64,000 nucleotides of DNA from Longimicrobiales bacterium (GTDB lineage: Bacteria; Gemmatimonadota; Gemmatimonadetes; Longimicrobiales; Gaopeijiaceae), in assembly GCA_965238005.1 (NCBI GenBank), contig OZ250165.1, positions 3,072,001-3,136,000 on the forward strand, given 5' to 3'. The notes under the pieces were generated by a model. That model had not been told where the DNA came from. It saw nothing but the letters and a program-made list of their open reading frames with translations, and made no database searches. This document shows, piece after piece, positions 20,117-29,639 of this stretch. Position numbers and translations under genes: made by a program. Numbering within the stretch: position 1 is the stretch's first letter; the number at the start of each line of letters is the position of its first letter.

Positions 20117-20249
20117 TTCGGTCTCGCCTGAGAAGTGTGCTGACCGGTCCACCGGGGTGGTAACCGGGAGTCGTCCGGTCGCCATTGGTCAACCTGAGCC
20201 GCGCTGCGGTCTCCAACAAGTCCGCCGGTGCGATTCACGGCGGAAGGAC

Positions 20250-20435
20250 CTAGTGTTCCGTTTCCGAAGTTCGCGAGCCACCAAGAGGGTCGGGGCGCCG
20301 TGGGATCAAGGCGGGACGACGCGGCGTAGCGTAAGCGGGCACCGCGCGAAGCGTGGTCGTAAGGAGTCCCAACGCCGAGCCCACGGATGCACCGTGCTCT
20401 CGACTGGCCGAGACACTTCGGTAACGGGACACCAG
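20250..20435. mobile_element. 186-bp MITE, copy 1
   Basis: Imperfect TIRs ctagtgttccgtttccgaagt / acttcggtaacgggacaccag; 5 differences from the copy at 40326. Confidence 0.85.
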
Positions 20436-20494
20436 AAACGTTGTCACACGTATTCCTTGTCAGACGTTATTCAATGGGTAGACCCGCTCCCACG

Positions 20495-21004
20495 ATGAAC
20501 GCCGGCGCACCCATGGTTCGAACTCCCGCACGCCCCAACCCATCCCAGACGCCCCGCGCCGCGTCCGCCTTGGCCGCTATCCTCCTCCTGGCCTCGCTGG
20601 CGTGCGGCGACTCGACCGGCCCCAGGACGGATCGCTTGAGTGAGCAACGCTCTCTCTGGGAGGCTCTGGGTCTCCAGGACTACACGTATGACGTTCAGCG
20701 GGTCTGCTTTTGCCCCTTCAGGGAGGGAGTCCGGGTCACCGTGGTGGCCGGAGTCGTGGCTGGAGCCACCGACCTCGCGACCGCCGAGGTCTTGGAGCCC
20801 AACGAGGTGCAGTGGTACCTGACGATCGACGGCCTCTTCGATCTCATACGGGACGCCTACGACCGGAACGCTCACGAGGTCCAGGTGGAGTTCCACCCCA
20901 GCCGTGGGTATCCGACCCGGATCTTCATCGACTACTCCGAGATGATCGCGGACGAGAAGCTGGGCTTCACGCTCTTGGGTGAGGTTCGGGCGTTTGGAGA
21001 CTGA
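20495..21004 (+). CDS. Lipoprotein (DUF6174-like)
   Basis: Lipobox LAC, W...GL.DY.Y....CFCP, TIDGLF, GYP..I.ID. Confidence 0.7.
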   Translation: MNAGAPMVRTPARPNPSQTPRAASALAAILLLASLACGDSTGPRTDRLSEQRSLWEALGLQDYTYDVQRVCFCPFREGVRVTVVAGVVAGATDLATAEVLEPNEVQWYLTIDGLFDLIRDAYDRNAHEVQVEFHPSRGYPTRIFIDYSEMIADEKLGFTLLGEVRAFGD

Positions 21005-21161
21005 CGCTCATCATCGAGTCCTCCGGCGGGAAGGCCCACCTGGCTCCATGCCCACACCGGATCCCTCCGCCATTTGCCCAAGTGAGCCTCCCAGGGTAGA
21101 TCATGGGGCGGAAGCAGGGGATTCCCCCTGATGCACATCAATAGCAGGAAGTGACCATACC

Positions 21162-22286
21162 ATGAGCCCCATCAAGCGTCGAGAATTCGTGCGCAAAGCG
21201 ACACTCGGTGCCGCTGGCACCGGCGTTCTGGCCTCCTGCGGTGGCAGCGAGCCTCAAAGCGGCGACGGCACCAATCCGGTGACCGGTCCCCGCGTGAGCT
21301 GGCGACTCGCCTCCAGCTATCCTCCCAGCCTGGACATCCTGCACGGGACGGTGCTGCGCATCGCGGATCGCGTCGAGGCCCTGACTGGAGGGCAGTTCAC
21401 GATCCGGGTGTTCGCCGCCGGCGAGCTCGTTCCTGCCCTTCAGGTCATGGACGGAGTCCAGTCCGGCACCGTACAGGCCGGGCACACCGCCGACTACTAC
21501 TACATCGGGAAGAACCCGGCCCTCGCCTTCGGAACCGCGATCCCGTTCGGACTGAACCATCGACAGCGAACCGCGTGGCTGAATCATGGCGGTGGCCTGG
21601 GCCTCATGAGGGGGATCTTCTCGGACTTCGGGATCATCACTTTCCCATGCGGCAGCACGGGGCCCCAGTTCGGCGGGTGGTTCCGTGAGCCGGTCGACTC
21701 TCTGGCGGACATGAGGGGCCTCCGCATGCGTATTCCCGGGCTGGGGGGCGAGATCATGGCCCGCCTCGGCGTGAGCGTCCAGGTCCTGGCGGCCCCCGAG
21801 ATCTACCCGGCCCTGGAGCGCGGTGCCATCGACGCGACCGAATGGGTGGGCCCCTACGACGACGAGAAGCTCGGCCTCCATGAGATCGCCAAGAACTACT
21901 ACATCCCTGGCTGGTGGGAGCCTGGCGTCACCATCACTCTCCAGGTGGGCCTCGATGCCTGGAACGATCTGCCCCCGACGTATCAAGAAGCGCTCGCGTG
22001 TGCGTGCGACGCTGCCAGCGTGCAGACCCTGGCGCGCTACGACGTGGAGAATCCTCTCGCGCTGGCACGTCTTACTTCCGAGCACGGCGTCACGCTGCGA
22101 AGCTTCTCGGACGACATCCTAGAGGCGGCTTGGAGTGAGACTCTCACGTATCTCGAAGAGCAAGCGGCGGCGTCCGCGGACTTCAGACGGGTCTACGACT
22201 CCTGGAGGGAGTTCAGGACCCGGAGCTTCCGGTACTTCCGTGGCAACGAGCTGGAGTACGCCAGGTTCGCGTTCCCGAAGCTCTAG
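21162..22286 (+). CDS. dctP: TRAP solute-binding protein, TakP/DctP family, Tat lipoprotein
   Basis: KRREF signal, ASC lipobox, GLRMRIPG, EIYPALERG.IDATEWVGP.DD, YYIPGWWEP. Confidence 0.9.
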   Translation: MSPIKRREFVRKATLGAAGTGVLASCGGSEPQSGDGTNPVTGPRVSWRLASSYPPSLDILHGTVLRIADRVEALTGGQFTIRVFAAGELVPALQVMDGVQSGTVQAGHTADYYYIGKNPALAFGTAIPFGLNHRQRTAWLNHGGGLGLMRGIFSDFGIITFPCGSTGPQFGGWFREPVDSLADMRGLRMRIPGLGGEIMARLGVSVQVLAAPEIYPALERGAIDATEWVGPYDDEKLGLHEIAKNYYIPGWWEPGVTITLQVGLDAWNDLPPTYQEALACACDAASVQTLARYDVENPLALARLTSEHGVTLRSFSDDILEAAWSETLTYLEEQAAASADFRRVYDSWREFRTRSFRYFRGNELEYARFAFPKL

Positions 22287-22295
22287 GACGCCCTC

Positions 22296-23201
22296 CTACC
22301 GACCCTCCGTCAGGCTCCGGTAGACGAGAGCCACGAATCCTTCCGTCCAGTCCCGGGTGGTCTCCCAGTCCTCGTCGAGGTCGGCGGTGGGGTTGGCCGC
22401 TACCGCTTCGTCCTGGCTCTTGCCATCCCGGATCAGCTGGGCTACCCGGCCCCGCACCGTGCTGAGCATCTCGCGGTAGGCCCGGAGGTCGTCGCGAGTC
22501 GCAAGCTCGCCGTGGCCCGGGATGATCCGGGTGCCCGATCCGCTCATGCGAAGGATCAGGTCCGCCGCAGCGATCAGCCCGTCTACATTCCCCCCGGAGT
22601 CTACATCGATGAAGGGATAGCGGCCGTTGAAGAACGTGTCGCCCATGTGGTAGACGTCGGATTCGCGGTAGTGGATGATCACGTCTCCATCGGTATGGGC
22701 GTGCGCCACGTGGAAGGCGTGGACGTCCTCTCCGTTCCAGTGGAAGGTCATTGTCTGATCGAAGGTGACCACCGGAAGAGCCGCATCGGGGGCCTCCTGA
22801 CTGCGTCCTACCAGATCGGCGAACTCCGCCGGATTGAGCCGCCTGTAGACATTGTCGTGGGCGACGATGAGGGCACCCGCGCCTCCGAAGTTCTCGTTCC
22901 CACCCGTGTGATCGCCGTGCCAATGAGTGTTCAGGACCCACTCCACGGGCCGATCCGTCACCTCCGCGATGGCGGCTTTGATCTTTTCGGTGAGCGGGGC
23001 GAACTGATCGTCCACGATGAAGGCCCCGTCCTCCCCGACGGAGAGCCCGATGTTACCGCCGCTTCCCATCAGCATGTAGACCCCGCCGCCCAGGGAAACG
23101 GTGCGGATCTCGACGGCATCCCAATCCCTTTGGGCGACCAGAGGCATGGCCCACAGAAAGGCGGTCACAAGCGAGATGCGTGCAAAGGCGGGTGCAGACA
23201 T
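22296..23201 (-). CDS. Secreted MBL-fold metallo-hydrolase
   Basis: THWHGDHTGGN, AHTDGD, GD, IPGHG; signal peptide. Confidence 0.87.
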   Translation of the reverse strand: MSAPAFARISLVTAFLWAMPLVAQRDWDAVEIRTVSLGGGVYMLMGSGGNIGLSVGEDGAFIVDDQFAPLTEKIKAAIAEVTDRPVEWVLNTHWHGDHTGGNENFGGAGALIVAHDNVYRRLNPAEFADLVGRSQEAPDAALPVVTFDQTMTFHWNGEDVHAFHVAHAHTDGDVIIHYRESDVYHMGDTFFNGRYPFIDVDSGGNVDGLIAAADLILRMSGSGTRIIPGHGELATRDDLRAYREMLSTVRGRVAQLIRDGKSQDEAVAANPTADLDEDWETTRDWTEGFVALVYRSLTEGR

Positions 23202-23526
23202 GGAGACCTCCAGGCTGGCTCGGGCGAGTGGAATCACCAAGGGTAGCCGGAAACCTATGGCGATCCGGTTGTTTTGAGCCAGCCTGCTCCCCTCCTCGTG
23301 AAAGCTGGTACGTCAGCCGACCAGCCGCAGTGTTTCCGGCCAAGGCAAAGTCTCCATGCGGCAACACGGCCTCGTACGTATACTCACGATATAGAGATAC
23401 GTACACCTCTCCGAAGAGCAACTCGAGACGGTTGTAAAGGTCTGGAGATTGGAACAGCCCTTTCGGGGCGGCTCCCCTGGCCGGCCCATCATGCCTCTGG
23501 ATAACGCGGAGCCCCCACCGCGAACG

Positions 23527-24825
23527 TCACCTCAGCAACCAGGCGATGAGGCCGCCTAGCACGACGAGCTGGATGACGATGAACGGCACCACGCCCCGGT
23601 AGATGCTCGTCGTGGAAATGTCCGCAGGTGTGACTCCCCGGAGGTAGAACAGCGAGAAGCCGAAGGGCGGCGTGAGGAAGGACGTCTGGATGTTCACGGC
23701 CAGGACGATCCCGAGCCAGGTCAGGTCGAGGCCCAGTATCTGAGCCGGCGCCACGACGAGGGGTACGATGATGAACGCGATCTCGAAGAAGTCGATGAAG
23801 AAGCCGAGGACGAAGACGACGGCGTTTACGACGACGAGGAAGCCCAGGGAGCCGCCGGGGAGGTTCGAAAGCATCTGCGCAATCCACAGGTCCCCCTCCA
23901 GGCCGCGGAACACGAGGGTGAAGACCGTGGAGCCGATGAGGAGGAAGATCACCATGATGGTGAGGCGCGTGGTGTCGTTCATGGCCGCCCTGAGGGCATC
24001 CATGGAGAGCCGCCCACCCACCGCGGCCAGGATTATGGCTCCTACGGCACCCAGGGCGCCGGCCTCCGTCGGCGTCGCCACGCCGGCGAAGATGCTGCCG
24101 AGCACGACGAGAATCAGAGCGAGGGGTGGAATCAGGGAGACCATAACGCGGCGGGCCAGGGCGAGGCCACGAATCTCGCGCGCCTCCTCCATCGCCGGCG
24201 CCGCCTCGGGCCTCACGATGGCCACGCCCACGACGTAGAGCGCGTAGGCCCCGGTGAGGATGAGCCCCGGCACGAGGGCGGCCTGGAACAGGGCCCCCAC
24301 CGATACGCCCATCTGGTCTCCCAAAACGATCAGGACGATGCTGGGCGGGATGATCTGGCCAAGGGTCCCGGAGGCCGCGATGACGCCGAGGGTCAGATCG
24401 TCCTTGTACCCGTTCCTGAGCATGACAGGCAGCGAGATGAGGCCCATGGCCGTGACGGACGCCCCCACGATACCGGTGGCCGCGGCCAGCAGCGCACCTA
24501 CGCCGATCACGCCCAGAGCCAATCCGCCTCGGAAGCGTCCGAACAGGATGCCGATGGTCTCCAGCAGGTCCTCGGCCAGACGTGATTTCTCCAGGACGGT
24601 GCCCATGAAGATGAAGAAGGGGACGGCCAGAAGCGTGTAGTTCGACATGATCCCGAAGGTCCGGTCCGGGAGCGCCCGGAGGAGGATCAGGTCGAAGTCG
24701 CCGGCCAGGGTCCCGAGGAGGGAGAACGCGAGGGCCGTCCCGGCCAGGGCGAATGCCACCGGGTATCCGGTGAAGATGAGGGCCAGGACCCCCAGGAACA
24801 TGATGGGACCCCAGACGTCGCCCAC
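23527..24825 (-). CDS. dctM: TRAP large permease
   Basis: LLAVPFFIFMG, GTLGQIIPPS, ATPTEAG, SFLTPPFG. Confidence 0.93.
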   Translation of the reverse strand: MGDVWGPIMFLGVLALIFTGYPVAFALAGTALAFSLLGTLAGDFDLILLRALPDRTFGIMSNYTLLAVPFFIFMGTVLEKSRLAEDLLETIGILFGRFRGGLALGVIGVGALLAAATGIVGASVTAMGLISLPVMLRNGYKDDLTLGVIAASGTLGQIIPPSIVLIVLGDQMGVSVGALFQAALVPGLILTGAYALYVVGVAIVRPEAAPAMEEAREIRGLALARRVMVSLIPPLALILVVLGSIFAGVATPTEAGALGAVGAIILAAVGGRLSMDALRAAMNDTTRLTIMVIFLLIGSTVFTLVFRGLEGDLWIAQMLSNLPGGSLGFLVVVNAVVFVLGFFIDFFEIAFIIVPLVVAPAQILGLDLTWLGIVLAVNIQTSFLTPPFGFSLFYLRGVTPADISTTSIYRGVVPFIVIQLVVLGGLIAWLLR

Positions 24826-24865
24826 TAGTGTTCCGTTTCCGAAGTTCCCGAGCCACCAGGAGGGT
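24825..24865. repeat. Solo left end of the MITE inside the dctQ 3' end
   Basis: 39/41 identity to the start of MITE copy 1. Confidence 0.85.
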
Positions 24866-25430
24866 AGGAGGCGTCCCCAGGCGCAGGGCCCGGCTCGGGA
24901 TGCCCTTCACGCTGCGATCCCCAGAGAATGGTCGCCTGCTTCAGCGCATGGCTGATCCCCTGAAGGAGAAGGAGGAGGAACGCCACGAGGATGACGGCCT
25001 TGATGGGGTAGCGCGGGAGCCCTCCCGGATCCGGCGAGCTCTCCCGGATCGCCCAGCTATTCCAGACCGGTCTCCATGAGACCCAGAGCATGACGAGTGA
25101 GAACGGCACGAGGAACAGCACCGTGCCCAGGAGATCGATCCACGCCTTCCCCCTCCGCCCCAGCTTCGCATACAGGACGTCGACCCTGACGTGGTAGCCG
25201 TGGTTCAGCCCGTACCCCGCCCCCAGGAGGAAGATGAGGCTGAAGAAGTACCATTGCAGGTCGAGGTAGGCGTTGGAGCTGAGAGAGATGCCGGTGTACC
25301 GCGTCGCATAGCGGGCGAGGGCGTTGAATGCTCCCACGAGCACCATGATCAGGGCGAGCCATTGGATTGCCTCTCCGACGCGATCGTTGAGCCGATCGAT
25401 CATCGCCGCGACGCGCTGCAGTGAGCTCAT
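24825..25430 (-). CDS. dctQ: TRAP small permease
   Basis: 4 TM, HVRVD, E.SPDPGGLP; last 13 codons are MITE-derived. Confidence 0.9.
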   Translation of the reverse strand: MSSLQRVAAMIDRLNDRVGEAIQWLALIMVLVGAFNALARYATRYTGISLSSNAYLDLQWYFFSLIFLLGAGYGLNHGYHVRVDVLYAKLGRRGKAWIDLLGTVLFLVPFSLVMLWVSWRPVWNSWAIRESSPDPGGLPRYPIKAVILVAFLLLLLQGISHALKQATILWGSQREGHPEPGPAPGDASYPPGGSGTSETEH

Positions 25431-25456
25431 GGATGAACGGGGCTCGGCGAAGGAGC

Positions 25457-26461
25457 CTATCCGCCGCCCGCGGGCACGAGGAGGCGCCCGATCTGGCGCA
25501 ACGTGTCGATGCCGTGGACGTCGTGGGGCAGGAGCGGGATGTAGACTCGAGGGAGGGTCGCGAACTCACGGTCGATCTCCTCCCTGTACTCGTGCTCCTG
25601 GAGTCGTCGCTCGCGCAGAAAGTCGCCTTCCGCGTCGTCGGGCAGAAGCCGGTTCACGATCATGGCCGCCACCGGCACGTCGAACTTGCGGAGCACGTCC
25701 AAGGCCTTCTTGCTCTCGAGAATCGGCAGCCGCTCCGGGTTGATGACGAGCAGGAACGCGGTCGTGTCTGCATCCGTCAGGAGCTCACGAGCCCGGTGGA
25801 ATTTTCGCCGCCGGGTCAGGAGGATCTCGTTGATCCGGGTAGAGCGAGCGTCCTCCGCTTCGTCGCTGCCGCCACCGATCATCCCGAACTCATCCTCCTT
25901 CGACTGGACCCGGCCGAAGATCTTGAGAACCTGCCCTAGTCGGCGGGAACGGTCCTGATGCTTGAGCATCCCGTCACTCCACGCGGCCATCACCTCGGGC
26001 AACGAGAGCAGCCGGACGGTGTGGCCTGTCGGCGCGGTATCGAAGATGACCAGATCGAAGCGACTCGTGGCGTCGGCCATGAGGTCGGCCATGCGCTCGA
26101 GGACGGCGGCCTCGACGGTGCCCGGCGCGTCCCTCGCCAGGTCGAGCTGGCGGTCGATCTCCCCGTACATTTTGGGGGCGACCAGCCGCTTCAGGCTGGC
26201 CTTCACCGTCCGGATGTGATGCTCAGCCTCAGCGTCCGGGTCGATCTCGAGCCCCCACAGGCCCTCGGCCAACGAGACCTCCCGGTTGCCGATCCGGACT
26301 TCGAAGATGTCGCCCAGGGAGTGGGCCGGGTCCATGGAGACGATGAGGATCCTGTGGCCGGACTCGGCCGCCATGAGTGCGAGGGCGCTCGCGATCGTGG
26401 TCTTCCCGACGCCCCCCTTGCCGCCCACAAAGAGGATGCGACGGCCGAGGAACTCTCTCAC
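25457..26461 (-). CDS. ArsA/Get3-family single-domain ATPase
   Basis: GGKGGVGKTT, SMDPAHSL, DTAPTGH; no cysteines. Confidence 0.9.
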   Translation of the reverse strand: MREFLGRRILFVGGKGGVGKTTIASALALMAAESGHRILIVSMDPAHSLGDIFEVRIGNREVSLAEGLWGLEIDPDAEAEHHIRTVKASLKRLVAPKMYGEIDRQLDLARDAPGTVEAAVLERMADLMADATSRFDLVIFDTAPTGHTVRLLSLPEVMAAWSDGMLKHQDRSRRLGQVLKIFGRVQSKEDEFGMIGGGSDEAEDARSTRINEILLTRRRKFHRARELLTDADTTAFLLVINPERLPILESKKALDVLRKFDVPVAAMIVNRLLPDDAEGDFLRERRLQEHEYREEIDREFATLPRVYIPLLPHDVHGIDTLRQIGRLLVPAGGG

Positions 26462-26532
26462 GGCTGGCTACGACCTCGACCGCGGAGCCCTACCGCAGGT
26501 AGCGTGAGGCGGGGCCGATCGCCGCGAATCCG

Positions 26533-26829
26533 TCAGCAGCACCGGAACTCATCGAGGGGAGAGTGCTCCATACCCATGCGTGTATGCCACTCGTGAAACC
26601 TCTCCAGCAGGATGGGCTGCAGCTCCAGCGTATAGTAGCTCGCCGGATTGGGCACCCCCATCAGCTCCGAGAATACGAGCAGCATGAAGAGGTCGTCCTC
26701 GTCCCGCTTGGCCCGGGCGATGGCACCACGGTAGGGCGCGTTGTAGAACTCGGAGGCGAGGTAGTTGACGCGCTCGAGCCTCTTTCTGATGTCGGCCAGC
26801 TTCATGGTTTTCTTCAGGCCGCGGGCCAC
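26533..26829 (-). CDS. Small CstA-associated protein ending in Cys-Cys (cory-CC-star type)
   Basis: DDLFMLLVFSE..GVPNP..YYTLEL.P.....FHEWH.RMG...RCC-stop, between cstA and arsA. Confidence 0.8.
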   Translation of the reverse strand: MARGLKKTMKLADIRKRLERVNYLASEFYNAPYRGAIARAKRDEDDLFMLLVFSELMGVPNPASYYTLELQPILLERFHEWHTRMGMEHSPLDEFRCC

Positions 26830-26836
26830 CAGTGGC

Positions 26837-28516
26837 CTAGACCGCAGGCGCCTCCGCTGCTTGCCTCCGCTCCCGGAGGAACGCCGACGTCGACTCCAGG
26901 ATCACGAAGATCGCCGCGATGACGATCAGGAGGTCCAGCGTCGCAAGGAAGTACTGACCGGTCGAGAACAGGTCCCAGAGCTGATACAGCGCCGCCAGGA
27001 ACGACATGGTGGTGACGAAGATCATCGGCACGAGGGTAAAGGCGTACCGCCGTCCCCGCTTGACCAACATGACGCTGATGACGAGGAGCGTGAGCCCGGC
27101 CAGGAGCTGGTTGGTCGTCCCGAAGAGCGGCCAGATGAGCATTCCCCCTTGTCCGTCGGCCCCACCGGCTCCGAAGGCCAGCGCGAGACACGCCCCCACC
27201 GCGATGAAGGTGGCGACGTAGCCATTCTGGAGAACGGGCAGGTTGTAGATCGTCCCCCACTCCTGGACGATATACCGCTGCAGCCGGACACCCGTGTCCA
27301 TGGTGGTTCCGGCGAAGAGCACGGCCATGACGGCGAGCAGAGTGGCCGCGAACCCGATCGGCAGCCCCGTGCCTGCGGCGACGACGGCCGAGCCACCCAG
27401 CACGAAGGTGTCGATACCCGTGGTGCCGAACGTGGAGTACGTGGCCTCCCAATCGGCCCGGGTGGCGAAGCCGGCGGTCACCGCGATGATGGCGCAGATC
27501 GCGAGCAGGCCCTCTCCCATGGAGCCTCCGTACCCGACGAAGCGAGCGTCTGGCTCCTTGTCCAGCTGCTTTGAGGTCGTGCCCGACGCCACCAGTCCGT
27601 GGAAGCCGGAGATGGCGCCACAGGCGATCGTCACGAACAGGAGCGGCACCAGCGGCGGCGTCCCGCTGGGCACGTTCTGGTTGAAGGCCGGAGCGACGAT
27701 GGGCGGGTTAGCGAGGAACACCGCCGCGAACAGAAGACCCAGGCCCACGAAGAGCTGGACGCCGTTGATGTAGTCCCGCGGCTGGAGGAGCAGCCAGACC
27801 GGCAGCAGCGAGGCGATGGTGGCGTAGATGAACAGGATCACGATCCACTGCGGGCCTGCCGCCAGCCCGAAGAGCGTATCGGGCAAAGCGACCGGGACGA
27901 GCTCGCCCAGCCCGATGACCGCGTAGAGGACCACCGTGCCGATGATCGTGGGCCACAGGATCGGCTTCTTGAGCCGGTAGATCAGCACGCCGATCACGAC
28001 GGCAACCGCAATGGCGCTCCAGACCGGAATCACGGCGCTGGGCGTCGCCACCAACGCGTTGGAGATGGCCACGGCGAAGACGGCGTTGACCATCAGCAGC
28101 AGCAGGAAGATGACGATCATGAACAGGGTCCGCGCCCGTGGGCCCACGACCTCGCCCGTGAGGGAGCCAAGCGACGTCCCCCTGTTGCGGACGCTGGCCC
28201 AGATGGCGCCGAAGTCGTGCACGCCCGCGAAGAACATCGTGCCGGCCACGACCCATATGAACGCAGGCAGCCACCCCCAGATGACGGCGATGGCGGGCCC
28301 GATGATGGGCGCCGCCCCCGCCACCGACGTGAAGTGGTGGCCCCACAGCACGACCCTGTTGGTGGGTAGGTAGTCCACGTCGTCCCGCAAGGCATGGGAC
28401 GGCGTTTCGAAAGCCGGATCGAGCTGATAGATCTTCTCGGCGATGAACTTCGAGTAGAAGCGATAGCCGAGGCCTAAGGCCACCAGGCCGATTACCGCAG
28501 GCAGAATTGCGCTCAT
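26837..28516 (-). CDS. cstA: Carbon starvation protein A family transporter
   Basis: GHHFTSVAGAAPIIGP, LLQPRDYIN, TIACGAISGFH, WPLFGTTNQLLA. Confidence 0.93.
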   Translation of the reverse strand: MSAILPAVIGLVALGLGYRFYSKFIAEKIYQLDPAFETPSHALRDDVDYLPTNRVVLWGHHFTSVAGAAPIIGPAIAVIWGWLPAFIWVVAGTMFFAGVHDFGAIWASVRNRGTSLGSLTGEVVGPRARTLFMIVIFLLLLMVNAVFAVAISNALVATPSAVIPVWSAIAVAVVIGVLIYRLKKPILWPTIIGTVVLYAVIGLGELVPVALPDTLFGLAAGPQWIVILFIYATIASLLPVWLLLQPRDYINGVQLFVGLGLLFAAVFLANPPIVAPAFNQNVPSGTPPLVPLLFVTIACGAISGFHGLVASGTTSKQLDKEPDARFVGYGGSMGEGLLAICAIIAVTAGFATRADWEATYSTFGTTGIDTFVLGGSAVVAAGTGLPIGFAATLLAVMAVLFAGTTMDTGVRLQRYIVQEWGTIYNLPVLQNGYVATFIAVGACLALAFGAGGADGQGGMLIWPLFGTTNQLLAGLTLLVISVMLVKRGRRYAFTLVPMIFVTTMSFLAALYQLWDLFSTGQYFLATLDLLIVIAAIFVILESTSAFLRERRQAAEAPAV

Positions 28517-28607
28517 AGTGCGACCAGGGTTTCAGGTGGATCCGCGATCGGTCCCCGCGAACAGCCGGGCGAGAATGTTGAGAATGTAAGGAGGAAAGGG
28601 CCGCTCG

Positions 28608-29555
28608 TCAGCCCTGAGAGTGAATGAAGTCGGTGAAGCCGGCGTCGTAGTCGGCGAGACCGTTCTGGCCGGTCATCTTCATCCGCTCCTCCATGAGCGG
28701 CTTCATGATGGTCCACACGCCCTGCTCGTACATGGACGGCTTGGGGCGGATGTCGTGAAAGTCCCTGGCAAGCTCCTCGCGGAGACCGGACTCGTCCACC
28801 AATTCGTGGTCGCGGTCCAGATCACCGCCGGCGAGGACTCGCAGGTTCCGGTGCACGCGCTCGGAGTGGGCCGCCTGGACCAGGATGTTCTCCTCCGCCG
28901 TGCTGAGAGCCAGGTAGGCGAGTGCCTGGGCCTGGAGCTCCTTGTAGTAGCCTTTCCGGTGACAGAACTCGTGGGCGATGATGTGGGGCTCGAAGATCCC
29001 CGAATCGCGGAAGATGGTCACGTCGCCGGAGAGGATGTCGCACGCACCGAGGGCGAAGGGAAAGATGACCTTGGAGATCGCGAAGCTCCGGACCTCGGCG
29101 CTGGTCTCCACGCGCTGCCCGGTGATGGAAGCGATGTAGTCGGTCAACCGCTCGTTGACGAGAACTGCCAGCTCCTCCCGCGACATCTTCACCGGCTCGT
29201 AGTTGTCGTTCAGCTTCTGGACGAGCTCTTCCACCTCTGCCTGGCGATCCTCGTCCGTCATGGGCTCCAGGTCGGACTCATCCTGACCGAAGACCTCCCT
29301 GAAGTCGATGGGTCGTGCATCTCGCCTGGACATCCAGTCGCTCAACGCGCTTCCGGCATAGGCGCCGAGCGCCAGTGCCTGAACGATGCGGCCGGGCACG
29401 GTGGCGCCCAGGAGCACCCTGGACGCCAGGGGCGCGAGCATGAAGACGTCCGTAAGGGCCAGCGGCGAGTAGGTGGCCTGGTTGGGGATCTCTACGCGGT
29501 CCATATCCATCCTTGTGAGCTTCTCCCGATCTGAGATCTGTCGTACCACCGACAT
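28608..29555 (-). CDS. DUF3810-like putative zinc peptidase
   Basis: PHIIAHEFCHRKGY.KE..A...AYL (HExxH + E). Confidence 0.6.
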   Translation of the reverse strand: MSVVRQISDREKLTRMDMDRVEIPNQATYSPLALTDVFMLAPLASRVLLGATVPGRIVQALALGAYAGSALSDWMSRRDARPIDFREVFGQDESDLEPMTDEDRQAEVEELVQKLNDNYEPVKMSREELAVLVNERLTDYIASITGQRVETSAEVRSFAISKVIFPFALGACDILSGDVTIFRDSGIFEPHIIAHEFCHRKGYYKELQAQALAYLALSTAEENILVQAAHSERVHRNLRVLAGGDLDRDHELVDESGLREELARDFHDIRPKPSMYEQGVWTIMKPLMEERMKMTGQNGLADYDAGFTDFIHSQG

Positions 29556-29639
29556 GGTCCGCCGGATCCCTTTTCCGGTGGAGCACGCCTGCGATAGAAT
29601 GAGCGGCCGTCGAGCCGAGCCACCCGCGCCGGAGCACGC

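Noticed and set aside
20250..20447. Small ORFs ending in TSETEH (20250-20447, 40326-40559)
   Set aside because: Translations of the MITE, not independent genes
23240..23480. Protein-like minus-strand stretch (KGLFQSPDLYNRLELLFGEVYVSLYREYTYEA...)
   Set aside because: No clear start or family; possibly a remnant but unsupported
26462..26535. Selenocysteine read-through at the CC-TGA end
   Set aside because: No convincing SECIS directly after the TGA and the read-through peptide looks non-conserved; not testable here
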